Source: Bdellovibrionales bacterium
Lineage (GTDB): Bacteria > Bdellovibrionota > Bdellovibrionia > Bdellovibrionales > JAUICD01
Assembly (NCBI GenBank): GCA_965262715.1
Contig: OZ253553.1
Location: 1,504,001-1,568,000, forward strand
Reading direction: 5' to 3'
DNA length: 64,000 nucleotides
Shown here: positions 1 to 9,761 of the stretch, in pieces
Layout: each line of letters begins with the position of its first letter
Position numbering within the stretch: position 1 is the stretch's first letter
The notes under the pieces: generated by a model
The model's input: only the letters and a program-made list of their open reading frames with translations
Databases searched by the model: none
What the model was told of the DNA's origin: nothing
Translations under genes and position numbers: made by a program

Positions 1-294
1 TCAAGTATTTTTACACAATTTATATAGAAAGGCCCCTATTTTATCAGCTTCTTTTATTAACTTTTGATGGTTAACAAGAGTTAGTATTGCTTGTACTTCC
101 CTCAGAGAACCTAAACTAATCTCATAGAACTTCTTACGTTCCTTATGACTAGACTTAGCAGATCCTTCAGCTAGATTGAGTACAATGCTAAGCGTAGCTC
201 TTTGAAACTGATTCTTCATAGGCCCTCTTAAACTTAAGCTGTTAGATTTATGATAGAATTGAATTGCTAATTGATAAGTTTTAAATTTTTTCAT
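1..294 (-). CDS. four-helix-bundle protein (23S rRNA IVP / S23 / Avd-like family)
   Basis: Motif pattern 'QFQRATLSIVLNLAEG...RKKFYEISLGSLREVQ'. Likely start is ATG at 294 (MKKFKTYQLA) after an AAGGAG RBS, rather than the 414 start in the ORF track. Confidence 0.85.
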   Translation of the reverse strand: MKKFKTYQLAIQFYHKSNSLSLRGPMKNQFQRATLSIVLNLAEGSAKSSHKERKKFYEISLGSLREVQAILTLVNHQKLIKEADKIGAFLYKLCKNT

Positions 295-354
295 AATTTT
301 TTTCTCCTTTACCCTTTGGTGGGAGAAAAAAATTAAGGAAAAGTTCAAAACAAA

Positions 355-487
355 CAGATTGCCAGTTTCCCGGGATTCCCGGTTTCCCGGACTACAGAGA
401 TAGCAATTAAGCAAGGTTTAACTTAGGTAAATCAGTAAACAACAACAAACCTCTTAAAATTACAAAAGTTGCATAAGATGAGTTATC
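355..487. repeat. dispersed repeat family B, copy 1 (leader plus octamer array upstream of the four-helix-bundle gene)
   Basis: Aligns by eye with the reverse complement of 63763-63894 and partly with 8185-8240. The minus strand reads GGGAAACC GGGAATCCC GGGAAACT GGCAATCT. Confidence 0.85.
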
Positions 488-557
488 ACCTCCCCCTCCC
501 TTTTTTTTATAAGTAGAATCAAAACAATAACCCTATGATATATGGCTTGCTATCATG

Positions 558-2084
558 CTAATGAGCTTGATGATCATTACTGTTAAAGATAGCTTTGAAC
601 TCATCTAAAGCAAGTTCTAACTTCTTTTTCAAATCATCTGTTAATTGTTTTTTGGATTTGATCCCTGGTAAAACATCCGAATGCTTCTGCTTTAAAAAAT
701 CTAATAATTCTATCTCGTATTTTTGAACCTCATCATTGCGAATATCATCCATATATCCATTTATCCCTGCAAAAATCACAGCTACCTGTTCTTCCACATG
801 CCACGGGGCATATTGAGCCTGCTTGAGCATCTCCACTAGCTTTTCACCACGGTTCAGCTGTGCCTGAGTGGTCTTGTCCAAGTCAGATCCAAAAGCAGCA
901 AATGCCTCAAGCTCCCTAAACTGAGCAAGGTCAAGCTTGAGAGTTCCTGCTACCTGCTTCATAGCCTTGATCTGTGCATTTCCACCCACACGAGAAACTG
1001 AAATACCCACATTCACAGCAGGACGAATACCTTTATAAAACAAATTGGATTCTAAGAAGATCTGTCCATCCGTAATAGAAATCACATTCGTAGGAATATA
1101 GGCTGAGACATCATCCGCTTGAGTCTCTATAATAGGCAGTGCTGTAAGAGATCCACCTCCATCCTTATCACTCATCTTGGCTGCGCGCTCTAAAAGCCGA
1201 GAGTGCAAATAAAAAACATCACCAGGATAAGCTTCACGCCCAGGAGGACGCCTTAATAACAAAGACACTTGTCTATATGCCTGAGCCTGCTTGGTGAGAT
1301 CATCATAAATGATCAAAGCATGCATGCCATTATCCCTAAACCACTCTCCAATAGCACACCCTGAATACGCAGATAAAAACTGCATCGGAGCAGAAATAGA
1401 GGCACTTGCAGAAACTACAACTGTATACTCTAATGCACCTGATGCTTTCAACTTCTCTACCACTTGCGCTACAGTTGATTGCTTTTGTCCTATTGCCACA
1501 TAAACACAAAAAACATCCTGACCCTTCTGATTGATAATTGTGTCAATAGCTACTGCTGTCTTGCCTGTCTGTCGGTCACCAATAATTAACTCCCTCTGAC
1601 CTCGACCAATAGGGATCATCGCATCAATAGCCTTAATACCTGTCTGAAGAGGCTCGTTAACAGGCTGCCTTTTAACAATACCTGGAGCTTTAAGCTCTAC
1701 TAAACGAAACTCAGAAGATGAAATAGCACCTAAACCATCTAAAGGATTTCCAAGCGGATCAACCACTCGACCACAAAGAGATTTTCCAACAGGCACTTGA
1801 ACAATTCTTTGAGTTCTTTTAACAGTGTCACCCTCTTTGATATGATAATCATCACCAAAAATCACAACCCCTACACAGCTGCTCTCTAAATTCAAGGCCA
1901 TGCCATAAATATCGCCCGGAAACTCAACGATCTCTCCAGCCATAACATTATCTAATCCATAAACAGTGGCCACACCATCTCCCACAGATAAAACACTACC
2001 TGTTTCAGTCACCTCTAACTTCGCACTGTATTTTTGGATCTGCTCTTTTAAAATATTTGTCATTTCGTCAGCTTGAATTTTCAC
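558..2084 (-). CDS. atpA: F1 ATP synthase subunit alpha
   Basis: GDRQTGKT Walker [14 protein letters not shown]. Confidence 0.99.
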   Translation of the reverse strand: MKIQADEMTNILKEQIQKYSAKLEVTETGSVLSVGDGVATVYGLDNVMAGEIVEFPGDIYGMALNLESSCVGVVIFGDDYHIKEGDTVKRTQRIVQVPVGKSLCGRVVDPLGNPLDGLGAISSSEFRLVELKAPGIVKRQPVNEPLQTGIKAIDAMIPIGRGQRELIIGDRQTGKTAVAIDTIINQKGQDVFCVYVAIGQKQSTVAQVVEKLKASGALEYTVVVSASASISAPMQFLSAYSGCAIGEWFRDNGMHALIIYDDLTKQAQAYRQVSLLLRRPPGREAYPGDVFYLHSRLLERAAKMSDKDGGGSLTALPIIETQADDVSAYIPTNVISITDGQIFLESNLFYKGIRPAVNVGISVSRVGGNAQIKAMKQVAGTLKLDLAQFRELEAFAAFGSDLDKTTQAQLNRGEKLVEMLKQAQYAPWHVEEQVAVIFAGINGYMDDIRNDEVQKYEIELLDFLKQKHSDVLPGIKSKKQLTDDLKKKLELALDEFKAIFNSNDHQAH

Positions 2085-2164
2085 AAAATATCTCCCTTTT
2101 TTGTTTCACTAAAATGCATCTGATTTTTCGAGGTCAACCTTTAGCACATTCTTAATTTTACACC

Positions 2165-2761
2165 TTACACCTTCTTTAAATGTTCTTTTAGCATTACTAA
2201 TTGATTTGCAATTGTTCCATCAAATAACAATCCATCTAATTTTATCAAGATACCTCCTAAAAGAGATGGACGTTTAAAATATTTAAAATCAACTTGTTTT
2301 TTTAACCTGTCAACCATAGCTTTTTCAACCTGAACCCTCTCCTCTGTGCTCAAGTCATAGTAAGAGAAAACCTGACCTCTTATAAGATTTTTCTGCCTAT
2401 CATGTCTATCCCTAAAAGCAGTTATAATTTCTAAAATATTGTCTATTCGATTTTTATGAAGTAAAAATTTTAAAAAATCCACGGAAATAGCTGATACCAA
2501 ACCCTGTTGCACCCCAAAAACATCGTCAATAAGTCTTCTTTTTTGCTCTATAGTCAGTAAAGGCCCAGAAAGTAAAGTAAACATTTTACTTTTTTGATAC
2601 CTATCAGATACCCCATCCGTTTCTTGCTCCATCGAAGACTCTGTTAAAACTTGTAAAAACATTTTAAAATCTTTTAAAACAATGTCTACTTGATCCTTGC
2701 TGGCCACAAGTTCGTAAAAAGCCTTTGCATATCTTTGAGAAACTTCTGTCAACCACATCAC
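2165..2761 (-). CDS. atpH: ATP synthase subunit delta
   Basis: 'SQRYAKAF' N-terminus, 'LLGGILIK...DGTIANQL' C-terminus, position before atpA. Confidence 0.92.
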   Translation of the reverse strand: MMWLTEVSQRYAKAFYELVASKDQVDIVLKDFKMFLQVLTESSMEQETDGVSDRYQKSKMFTLLSGPLLTIEQKRRLIDDVFGVQQGLVSAISVDFLKFLLHKNRIDNILEIITAFRDRHDRQKNLIRGQVFSYYDLSTEERVQVEKAMVDRLKKQVDFKYFKRPSLLGGILIKLDGLLFDGTIANQLVMLKEHLKKV

Positions 2762-3432
2762 TTTAGAGATACCTCAAACTTTCTGATCAAAGCCTTTTTA
2801 TCTTCATCTGTTACGCTCCTTGATATCTCACTTTGAATCCTATCTATGATTTTCTCTACAAACCCTGCTTGTATAAGCCTCTTTGTCCTCTTGTGCTCTA
2901 AGTCTAAAAGAGTTTGAGCCGACTGCTGAATCCTTTCAGCCTCTAGGTGAGCTTCATCCAACATACGAGCTTTTGTTGCGCTAGCCTCCTGCCTTGCTTT
3001 TTTAATTTGATCTTCTGTCGTCAAATTAATCTGCTCAAGCTTTTGCTGGTAATCCTTATAAGATGATTCTATTTCCTCCCGCTCTCTTCTAGCTGCCTTA
3101 AATTGCTTTTGAAATAAATCAAATCTGCTCTGGTAAAAACTCTTTACCTTATCTTTCAACAAGTAAAATAAAAGACCCGCAAAAAGTAAAAAATTCAAAA
3201 CTTGGTAAAAAACAACCTTTGGTGGACCTCCATGATCTCCTTCCTCATGAGCAGTTTCCGCAGCCGCCAAAGCGGTACTTGCCAAATCATCGGATTGCCG
3301 GACTGCCTGACTGCCTGACTGCCCGATTGCCTGAAGAGAGGCATCTCCATATATAGAAACACCCAAAACAATCAGCACAAAAAAGATATGGCTAAAAGTT
3401 TGTAAAGATAAGATGCTTTTTAAATTTACCAT
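2758..3432 (-). CDS. atpF: ATP synthase F0 subunit b, with N-terminal extension
   Basis: 'QVLNFLLFAGLLFYLLK' TM helix followed by coiled coil; operon position. Confidence 0.88.
   Translation of the reverse strand: MVNLKSILSLQTFSHIFFVLIVLGVSIYGDASLQAIGQSGSQAVRQSDDLASTALAAAETAHEEGDHGGPPKVVFYQVLNFLLFAGLLFYLLKDKVKSFYQSRFDLFQKQFKAARREREEIESSYKDYQQKLEQINLTTEDQIKKARQEASATKARMLDEAHLEAERIQQSAQTLLDLEHKRTKRLIQAGFVEKIIDRIQSEISRSVTDEDKKALIRKFEVSLK
3292..3331 (-). repeat. tandem octamer array (GGCARTCN x5) inside atpF
   Basis: GGCAATCG GGCAGTCA GGCAGTCA GGCAGTCC GGCAATCC on the minus strand. Confidence 0.9.
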
Positions 3433-3442
3433 AAACCCTACT

Positions 3443-3877
3443 CTATCTATTTAATATTTTGTCAATAGCCATACTGGCCAATTGAGGAATGCCTTTTTCT
3501 AATTTTTCTTTAGTGTCTTGCTGTTCTAATTGCCTTTGTTTTCTTGTTTCAGTTATAGTGTTTTTCACTTGCCTTTTCGCTTCTAATAATTTTTCACTAC
3601 AATCTTCAGTCGCTTCACTTTTAACTTCAATAAAGATACCTTGAATTTGACCATGCAGTTTGCGAAGTTTAGATTCATATTCATCTTTTATTTTTTTTAT
3701 CTCTGCAAGTTTTTGCTCTTTATCCTCTTGATTTCCAAGTACGAGTGTTTCCCGATGTTTATAAAGCTCAAACAAAGGCTTGAATACAAGAAAGTGCATG
3801 ATTGAATACACAACTAAAAAAATGGCTATCTGGATAAATAATGTAGAATCAATACCTAACTTTGTAAATATTTCCAT
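3443..3877 (-). CDS. atpF: ATP synthase F0 subunit b' (second b subunit)
   Basis: 'LGIDSTLFIQIAIFLVVY...LVFKP' followed by coiled coil. Start probably ATG at 3877. Confidence 0.85.
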   Translation of the reverse strand: MEIFTKLGIDSTLFIQIAIFLVVYSIMHFLVFKPLFELYKHRETLVLGNQEDKEQKLAEIKKIKDEYESKLRKLHGQIQGIFIEVKSEATEDCSEKLLEAKRQVKNTITETRKQRQLEQQDTKEKLEKGIPQLASMAIDKILNR

Positions 3878-3965
3878 ATCTTTATACTCTTTAGATTTTT
3901 TTATAAGATACTTGTAAACACTCATCTATACAAATAAAGTGTCTATATATAAAGGTCAATGATTA

Positions 3966-5387
3966 ATGAGAAATAACAAGACGCACCCTTTATTACAACC
4001 TCAAAAAATAGCACAAGCTATGGCAGCTCACCTCCATACTTATCCCAAAAAACCCATACAAAGCATTACAACTGATTCAAGACAAAATTGCCAAAACAAA
4101 TTATTTTTTCCACTTAAAGGCGAAAATTTCGATGGGCACAATTACCTTAAAGATGCAATAAAAGCAGGGGCAAGTGCTATTATCTGCCAAAAAAACCAAC
4201 AGATACCAAAAAATATTCCTCAATCTATAGGAGTCTTTTATGTAGATGATTGTCTTTTAGCTTATCAAGACCTAGCTAAATATTTTCGCCAAGAATTTCA
4301 TCCCACTGTTGTAGCCATTACAGGCTCAAATGGAAAAACCAGCACAAAAGAGTTTCTTGCCACAATTATAAAAGAGTCACACAAACCTTTAGTATCTAAA
4401 GGCAATTTTAATAATCATATTGGTGTGCCACACACTCTCTTGCAAATAACACCAGAAACAAAAACAGTTATACTAGAAATAGGCATGAACCATCTTGATG
4501 AAATCAAAAATCTTACACTTCTATCAGACCCAAATATAGCTCTTATCACAAATGTGGGTAGAGCTCACTTGCAAGGGCTTCAAAAAATAGAAAATATAGC
4601 AACTGCTAAAGAGGAGATCTACAAATATTCTAAAAAAGAAACTATTAAAATTTTTAATTTAGATAATGACTGGACACAAAAAATGTATGAACACTATCAA
4701 TCCCTATCTCCTACTTTAACTTTTTCCTTTTCTGATAACAAAAAAGCAGATGTATGCTTTCAAATAAAAACCATAGCTCTTGAACATCTTGAACTTTCAG
4801 GAAGGATCCAAGATGTCAAAGGAGAAGCTACTGTACCTGTTGCAGGAGAACACCATCTCCATAATTTAATGGCAGCAACATGCGCTAGCCTCGCCTTAGA
4901 AGTTTCACCTTCACAAATCTGGGAGAGGTTGCCAAAGTGCCATGGAGTATGGGGCCGCACTCAAGTCGTTACTCTAAAAAACAAAGTAAAGGTTATCTTT
5001 GATGCCTATAATGCCAATCCTGATAGTATGAAAGCTCTTTTAAATCATATCATGAAATGCAAAATTTCAGGAAAACTTCATATCTGCTTGGGAGATATGT
5101 TAGAGCTGGGGCCCAAATCAGACATTTTTCATAGATTATTAGGACAACAAGTTGCACAGGTTGTATCTTCAACAACTGTGGGTGTTATTGCCTTTATAGG
5201 TCAATTTGGAAGAGCTTTCCATGAAGGACTTGAGGCAGGAGGAGTGAAAAAACCTATTTTTCTTTTAGATAAGTACAACTCTTCTCTTGCCGATGATATA
5301 GATTCACAACTTCAATCTAGAGATACTTTAATAATGAAAGCTTCTAGAGGCATTCAACTTGAAAAACTATTAGAAGATTTATCTTAA
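3966..5387 (+). CDS. murF: UDP-MurNAc-tripeptide--D-Ala-D-Ala ligase
   Basis: TDSR, ITGSNGKTSTKE, NFNNHIGVP, DAYNANP, LGDMLELG, KASRG. Confidence 0.97.
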   Translation: MRNNKTHPLLQPQKIAQAMAAHLHTYPKKPIQSITTDSRQNCQNKLFFPLKGENFDGHNYLKDAIKAGASAIICQKNQQIPKNIPQSIGVFYVDDCLLAYQDLAKYFRQEFHPTVVAITGSNGKTSTKEFLATIIKESHKPLVSKGNFNNHIGVPHTLLQITPETKTVILEIGMNHLDEIKNLTLLSDPNIALITNVGRAHLQGLQKIENIATAKEEIYKYSKKETIKIFNLDNDWTQKMYEHYQSLSPTLTFSFSDNKKADVCFQIKTIALEHLELSGRIQDVKGEATVPVAGEHHLHNLMAATCASLALEVSPSQIWERLPKCHGVWGRTQVVTLKNKVKVIFDAYNANPDSMKALLNHIMKCKISGKLHICLGDMLELGPKSDIFHRLLGQQVAQVVSSTTVGVIAFIGQFGRAFHEGLEAGGVKKPIFLLDKYNSSLADDIDSQLQSRDTLIMKASRGIQLEKLLEDLS

Positions 5388-5438
5388 ATTAAAAACCAAA
5401 ACCTCAATTGTATAAAAATAAAAGCTTAAAATAAAACT

Positions 5439-6704
5439 TTAGGGTTGTTGTGCTTGATTCCTTAAGGCCTCTAGGTCATAGTTGCATGACAAAGCATGAA
5501 GAGTGTAACGATCAATATCCAAAAGATTATCAAAGTAAGATGCAGGATTATTAGGATCCATTCCTTCAGCAATATTATACCACATTAAAGGTATTTGAGT
5601 TTGATCCGTAACATCTATGTCATCTTTAAAAAGATTCGCTAAACCTAAGGTATGCCCCATCTCATGTTTTAAGACATTTTTAAAATAAATGATAAAGTTC
5701 TCCCCATTATCTGCTAAAAGCTCAAAATTAAATCGTGTAGAACCTTGTTCAATCACTGAAATAACTATGAGACGTATATTATTAAAATATTCTGCTGAAG
5801 GAGATTCAACATTTGCAAGCAACTGACTATATATATCATCATCCAATATATTATGCTGTTTTTGGAATTCAAATAGTTCTATAGCAATTTCTCGAAATTC
5901 TGCATCAGTCACATTTTGAACTTCAGCCACTAACAGCTTATTTGTACTTGTAAAAACTTCAAAATCAGTTTGATAATTTGAGGGCATTACTATATCGAAA
6001 AGTTCCATGGTCTTTTCTCGATTCTTTTTAGACAACTGGCTATCAGGAAAAATAAGTCCATTCATAAATACATTTGTCTCATCAAAAGGCAGACGATTAG
6101 ACTCATCAATGGAATTTATTAGAGAAGGCAACACACAACTTACAACTCCAACTGTACCTCCAAATATACTTTGATCTGTAGGCATCACCCAATAAATAAC
6201 ATTTTTTTGATCGCTTTCATCTATTTGGCTCTTAGAAGTAATGATACCTTGAGAGTCATAAATGCCCTTGTTCGTAAAAACTTCAAATCCAGCTTCTCTA
6301 TTCCAATCTGAAAACACCTCATTAATAGGTTCTATAAGTTTCTCAGGCATATTGCTATCAATATAAAATTCTACAGGAAACTTTCTTTGATACAAGCGCA
6401 AATCACGAACTTCTTTAGGTATACCTTCTATAATTTCTATAATTTCTGTAGGTTCTATAATTGTGTCCATAAGCATTCCTGCAAGATGAGATCCTTTTTG
6501 TACAAATTGACATGCATCTTTTTCAAAATATCCTTGTACTTCCTGGCTTGCCTTCTGTGAATCTACTTTATCCGAAGCACCATTGTTTCCTGAAGCCCGA
6601 CCAGGCACAGTGGGAACTTTAGGTTGAGTTTCCCTACTAGAACAACCTTGTAAAAATAAAACTAAAGTGACAATTAAAATATATATTGAAAATATTCCTC
6701 TCAT
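5439..6704 (-). CDS. putative lipoprotein, zincin/matrixin-like metalloprotease
   Basis: Lipobox LQGC after a hydrophobic stretch (start ~6704); HEMGHTLGL and downstream 'PLMW' Met-turn-like motif. Confidence 0.65.
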   Translation of the reverse strand: MRGIFSIYILIVTLVLFLQGCSSRETQPKVPTVPGRASGNNGASDKVDSQKASQEVQGYFEKDACQFVQKGSHLAGMLMDTIIEPTEIIEIIEGIPKEVRDLRLYQRKFPVEFYIDSNMPEKLIEPINEVFSDWNREAGFEVFTNKGIYDSQGIITSKSQIDESDQKNVIYWVMPTDQSIFGGTVGVVSCVLPSLINSIDESNRLPFDETNVFMNGLIFPDSQLSKKNREKTMELFDIVMPSNYQTDFEVFTSTNKLLVAEVQNVTDAEFREIAIELFEFQKQHNILDDDIYSQLLANVESPSAEYFNNIRLIVISVIEQGSTRFNFELLADNGENFIIYFKNVLKHEMGHTLGLANLFKDDIDVTDQTQIPLMWYNIAEGMDPNNPASYFDNLLDIDRYTLHALSCNYDLEALRNQAQQP

Positions 6705-7160
6705 AAAACGAGGCTTAACAAAATCTAAAGCAAAGTCAAGTTGAATTAAGATTCTTATAAACAATCATACTCATCATCCAATAATAACTTAGCAAATTCA
6801 AATGTTATACTGTTACTTATGTACTTGGTAATACAATAACGGTGGCTTACTATTTTAACTCACAAAAGTAAAATGCAAAACTTACTTTTGAGGCTACTTC
6901 TATAAACTTTTTAACCCTACATATCTTAACTACACCTATTTAATACAATTAGCCCACAAACACAAGGACTAAATACAAATGGTCATACCTCATAAGGTCA
7001 CTACATAATAATGCCTTATCAGTTCTTGGACAAACCATTTTATATCAATAAAATTATGCGTAATATAATATAAACCAATTTAATACCTTATTTAAGTTTT
7101 ATCTTACTTGACGAGCATCTTTTAACTTCTTAGCCTTAATTAAGGTCAATACTTGAAAAT

Positions 7161-8174
7161 GTGAGCACAGGAAGTAATTTTGAGATGAGTTCTAAAAAAT
7201 CACTACTTACTTTATCAGTTTTGTTATTTCTAAATACCTCTGCTTATTCTCAAAGAATTCGTAATGTATTTTCAGAGATCTTTTTGAGAGACCTTCATCA
7301 AGTTAGATCATTTATAAATAACGGAGGAGATGTTAATACAACAAGATATACAGGTGAAACACTTCTTCATTATTCAATTTTTTTTGGATATAATCAAACC
7401 GCAATGGCACTTATAGAAGCAGGAGCTGATATAAATCAACAAGATGCTGCTGGACGAACTGCTCTTTATTGGACCATCTTTTTAAGAAACCAAGAAGTAA
7501 CAAAAATCCTAATAGAAAGAAATGCAGAGCTTATACCTAATTCAGATGGTTCTAAAAAGTTTCATCCTATTAGCCTTACCTATATTGTACCAGGTCACTG
7601 TATTGCTGATCCTTATCAAACATGGATAAATGCAGAAACGCATCCTGAATTTTTACCTTATATTGAAAGATACCTATCTGCTAAAAAAGAAACAATAGGT
7701 CAAGAAGAATTTGATTATCCTATTAAAATTCTTTTTTACCGATCAGATAGTGAAGTTTGGAGACACATTAGCTCTTTAGCAGAAAGATACAATTTTCGAG
7801 GTAACGCTTTATGCATTCCTAATACTAGGCATATTCTTGTAAACTATGATGCATGGATCACTCTTTCTGAAAGCGCAAAAGAAACAAGTATCTTTCATGA
7901 ACTAGGACATTGTGATTTAGATCGAAATCATGAACCACTAAAGGAAACAGAATCAATAATGAGTATTTTTTATAAACAACAATTGTCTTTACAAGGAGGG
8001 ATTGACATAAATGAAGACTTAGCTCTTAAAAAAGAAATTTATGAGGAATTCTTTTCAGCTCGAGGTGATCTTGGAGAAAAATATATTGAAGGTCAACTTT
8101 ATCCTATCGGTTTAACACCTGAAGATGCTGAAGCTTGTCCTGTAAAGACAAGACTCTATTTAGACAAAATATAA
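7161..8174 (+). CDS. secreted ankyrin-repeat protein with C-terminal HExxH metallopeptidase-like domain
   Basis: Signal peptide; 'GETLLH...LIEAGADINQQDAAGRTAL' ankyrin repeats; 'FHELGHC...H...SIM'. Confidence 0.7.
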   Translation: MSTGSNFEMSSKKSLLTLSVLLFLNTSAYSQRIRNVFSEIFLRDLHQVRSFINNGGDVNTTRYTGETLLHYSIFFGYNQTAMALIEAGADINQQDAAGRTALYWTIFLRNQEVTKILIERNAELIPNSDGSKKFHPISLTYIVPGHCIADPYQTWINAETHPEFLPYIERYLSAKKETIGQEEFDYPIKILFYRSDSEVWRHISSLAERYNFRGNALCIPNTRHILVNYDAWITLSESAKETSIFHELGHCDLDRNHEPLKETESIMSIFYKQQLSLQGGIDINEDLALKKEIYEEFFSARGDLGEKYIEGQLYPIGLTPEDAEACPVKTRLYLDKI

Positions 8175-8184
8175 GTTATGAACC

Positions 8185-8240
8185 TAAATCAATAAACAAC
8201 AAAACTCTTAAAATTATAAAAGTTGCGTAAGGTCAATTAT
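8185..8240. repeat. dispersed repeat family B, partial copy
   Basis: taaatcaataaacaacaaaactcttaaaattataaaagttgcgtaag matches about 428-477 and the reverse complement of 63770-63821. Confidence 0.75.
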
Positions 8241-8629
8241 TGTATTCACTTCTTAAAGACCTCACAATCGGTCCAGATTTTTTAAAAGTGTTTTTTTGTG
8301 GCAATTCATGCAAAAAACATATTTCTAACACACTGTGTTATTTTAAGTTAAAGCATTATTGTAAAACACCAAAGAAGTATCGAAGTTCAAGATCAAGAGA
8401 TGATAGTTAATGTTATAGAAGTAGCAACGATGAATGGTAAATTGATTTGAGTAGAGTTTTTATGCTTGATCAAATCAGTTATTAGAAATAAAAAAGAAGT
8501 GATTCATAAATGGTTGTCAAATTTTAACTTCTTCTTTAAATTGTAGTTTAAAGAAGAATGAGTTGAACATTACAAGTGATCAATAAAAACCACAATCATA
8601 CATAAAGGTTTAGAAACGAGGATACATAA

Positions 8630-9121
8630 ATGAACAATCCGCCATCTCATCAAATGAGGAATGTATCCAATAGCATAGATAGCTTTATATTTATATTTGT
8701 ATTTGTCTTTGTCATTTTATTTTTCTTTTTAACCTTATGGCTTTTTAACAGAGGACCAATAGATGAAGCTGTTGAATCACAAGCTTCTATCTTTACATCA
8801 GAGGAAAGAACACAAAGAGATCAAACATGGTATACATCTTCTCCTGCTGTTATTGAAAAAGGGGGACAGCTTTTTGAGATTATGGTACTTGATGACTTGC
8901 GGCCCATCTTTGATCTGATAAAAGCTGGAGAGTATGGTAGTACAGAGGTAGAGTTATATCGAGTTTTAACTCATGGACTACCAGGTACAATATTCCGTAG
9001 ATGGGATTATTTACCACGTGATGTTCGTTGGCAAATGGTACATTATATACGCTCTGAAATGTCAGAACCTCAAATGGCCACAGCTGATGAGTGGGAAGCA
9101 CTTAAAGAAGAAGGTATTTAG
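8630..9121 (+). CDS. membrane-anchored cytochrome c-like protein lacking CxxCH
   Basis: One TM helix; 'GGQLF...GST..ELYRVLTHGLPGT....YLPRDVRWQMVHYIRS' resembles class I cytochrome c; the protein has no Cys. Confidence 0.5.
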   Translation: MNNPPSHQMRNVSNSIDSFIFIFVFVFVILFFFLTLWLFNRGPIDEAVESQASIFTSEERTQRDQTWYTSSPAVIEKGGQLFEIMVLDDLRPIFDLIKAGEYGSTEVELYRVLTHGLPGTIFRRWDYLPRDVRWQMVHYIRSEMSEPQMATADEWEALKEEGI

Positions 9122-9455
9122 AACTCATCTCAAAATTACTTCCCGTGCTCACATTTTCAAAACAACCTGTTTCCCTAAAAATGAACTGGCCTCTCGAGGC
9201 GAGCCTCTTGAGGCAAGCCTCTTGAAGCGAGCTTCTTGAGGCGAGCCTCTGGTTGTTTTTGGGTAACCAGCCTGACGGTTCACACTACGGGATGTATCCC
9301 TACGGGATGTATCCCCGTCAGTAAAATGCTGGCTACCTCAAAAATCTGTTTATTTTGAGTAGGGTAGATATCTCTCATTTTTTTACGCAATGTTAAGGGA
9401 AATGCTTTTATTTCTCAACGGATGATATAAAACTTTGTTTTTGAGATGGCTTCTA
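9119..9455 (+). mobile_element. MITE-like palindromic element, family A copy 1 (longest; imperfect 17-bp terminal inverted repeats)
   Basis: Ends TAGAACTCATCTCAAAA ... TTTTGAGATGGCTTCTA; nested hairpin; 4x 14-bp CCTCTYGAGGCRAG-like unit; 2x TACGGGATGTATCCC. Confidence 0.75.
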
Positions 9456-9761
9456 ATAACAAATACCCAAGTATCTTTTAATAAGAATACAGAACAACCT
9501 TTGCCATAAATTGTTTCAAATTGAGTCAATTGAAAATTGACTAGATGATATTTCTAAAGATATTCACCTTATTGTTGTGTTGTTCTACATAGCAAATTTT
9601 ATCGTTCTAAGGTTATGGACATCGAAAAGACAGCATATGAGAATATTTTTTTTTATTAAAATAAAAATTCCGAAAAAAGTAACTCAAGTTGATATACAAC
9701 TCTACCGAAGTCTTATTTAGAAACTAAAAATAATAGAGGTCTATATAATAGAGGTGTATAT

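Noticed and set aside
295..414. N-terminal extension of the four-helix-bundle ORF
   Set aside because: It runs through the repeat leader; a good RBS precedes ATG 294.
8973..9239. Short ORFs 8973-9239, 13006-13230, 17323-17562 and 61672-62037 sharing similar peptides
   Set aside because: They are translations of family A repeat DNA or overlap real genes; no independent coding evidence.
9190..9250. Tandem 14-bp palindromic repeats as a CRISPR array
   Set aside because: Units are too short, abut without spacers, and no cas genes are present.
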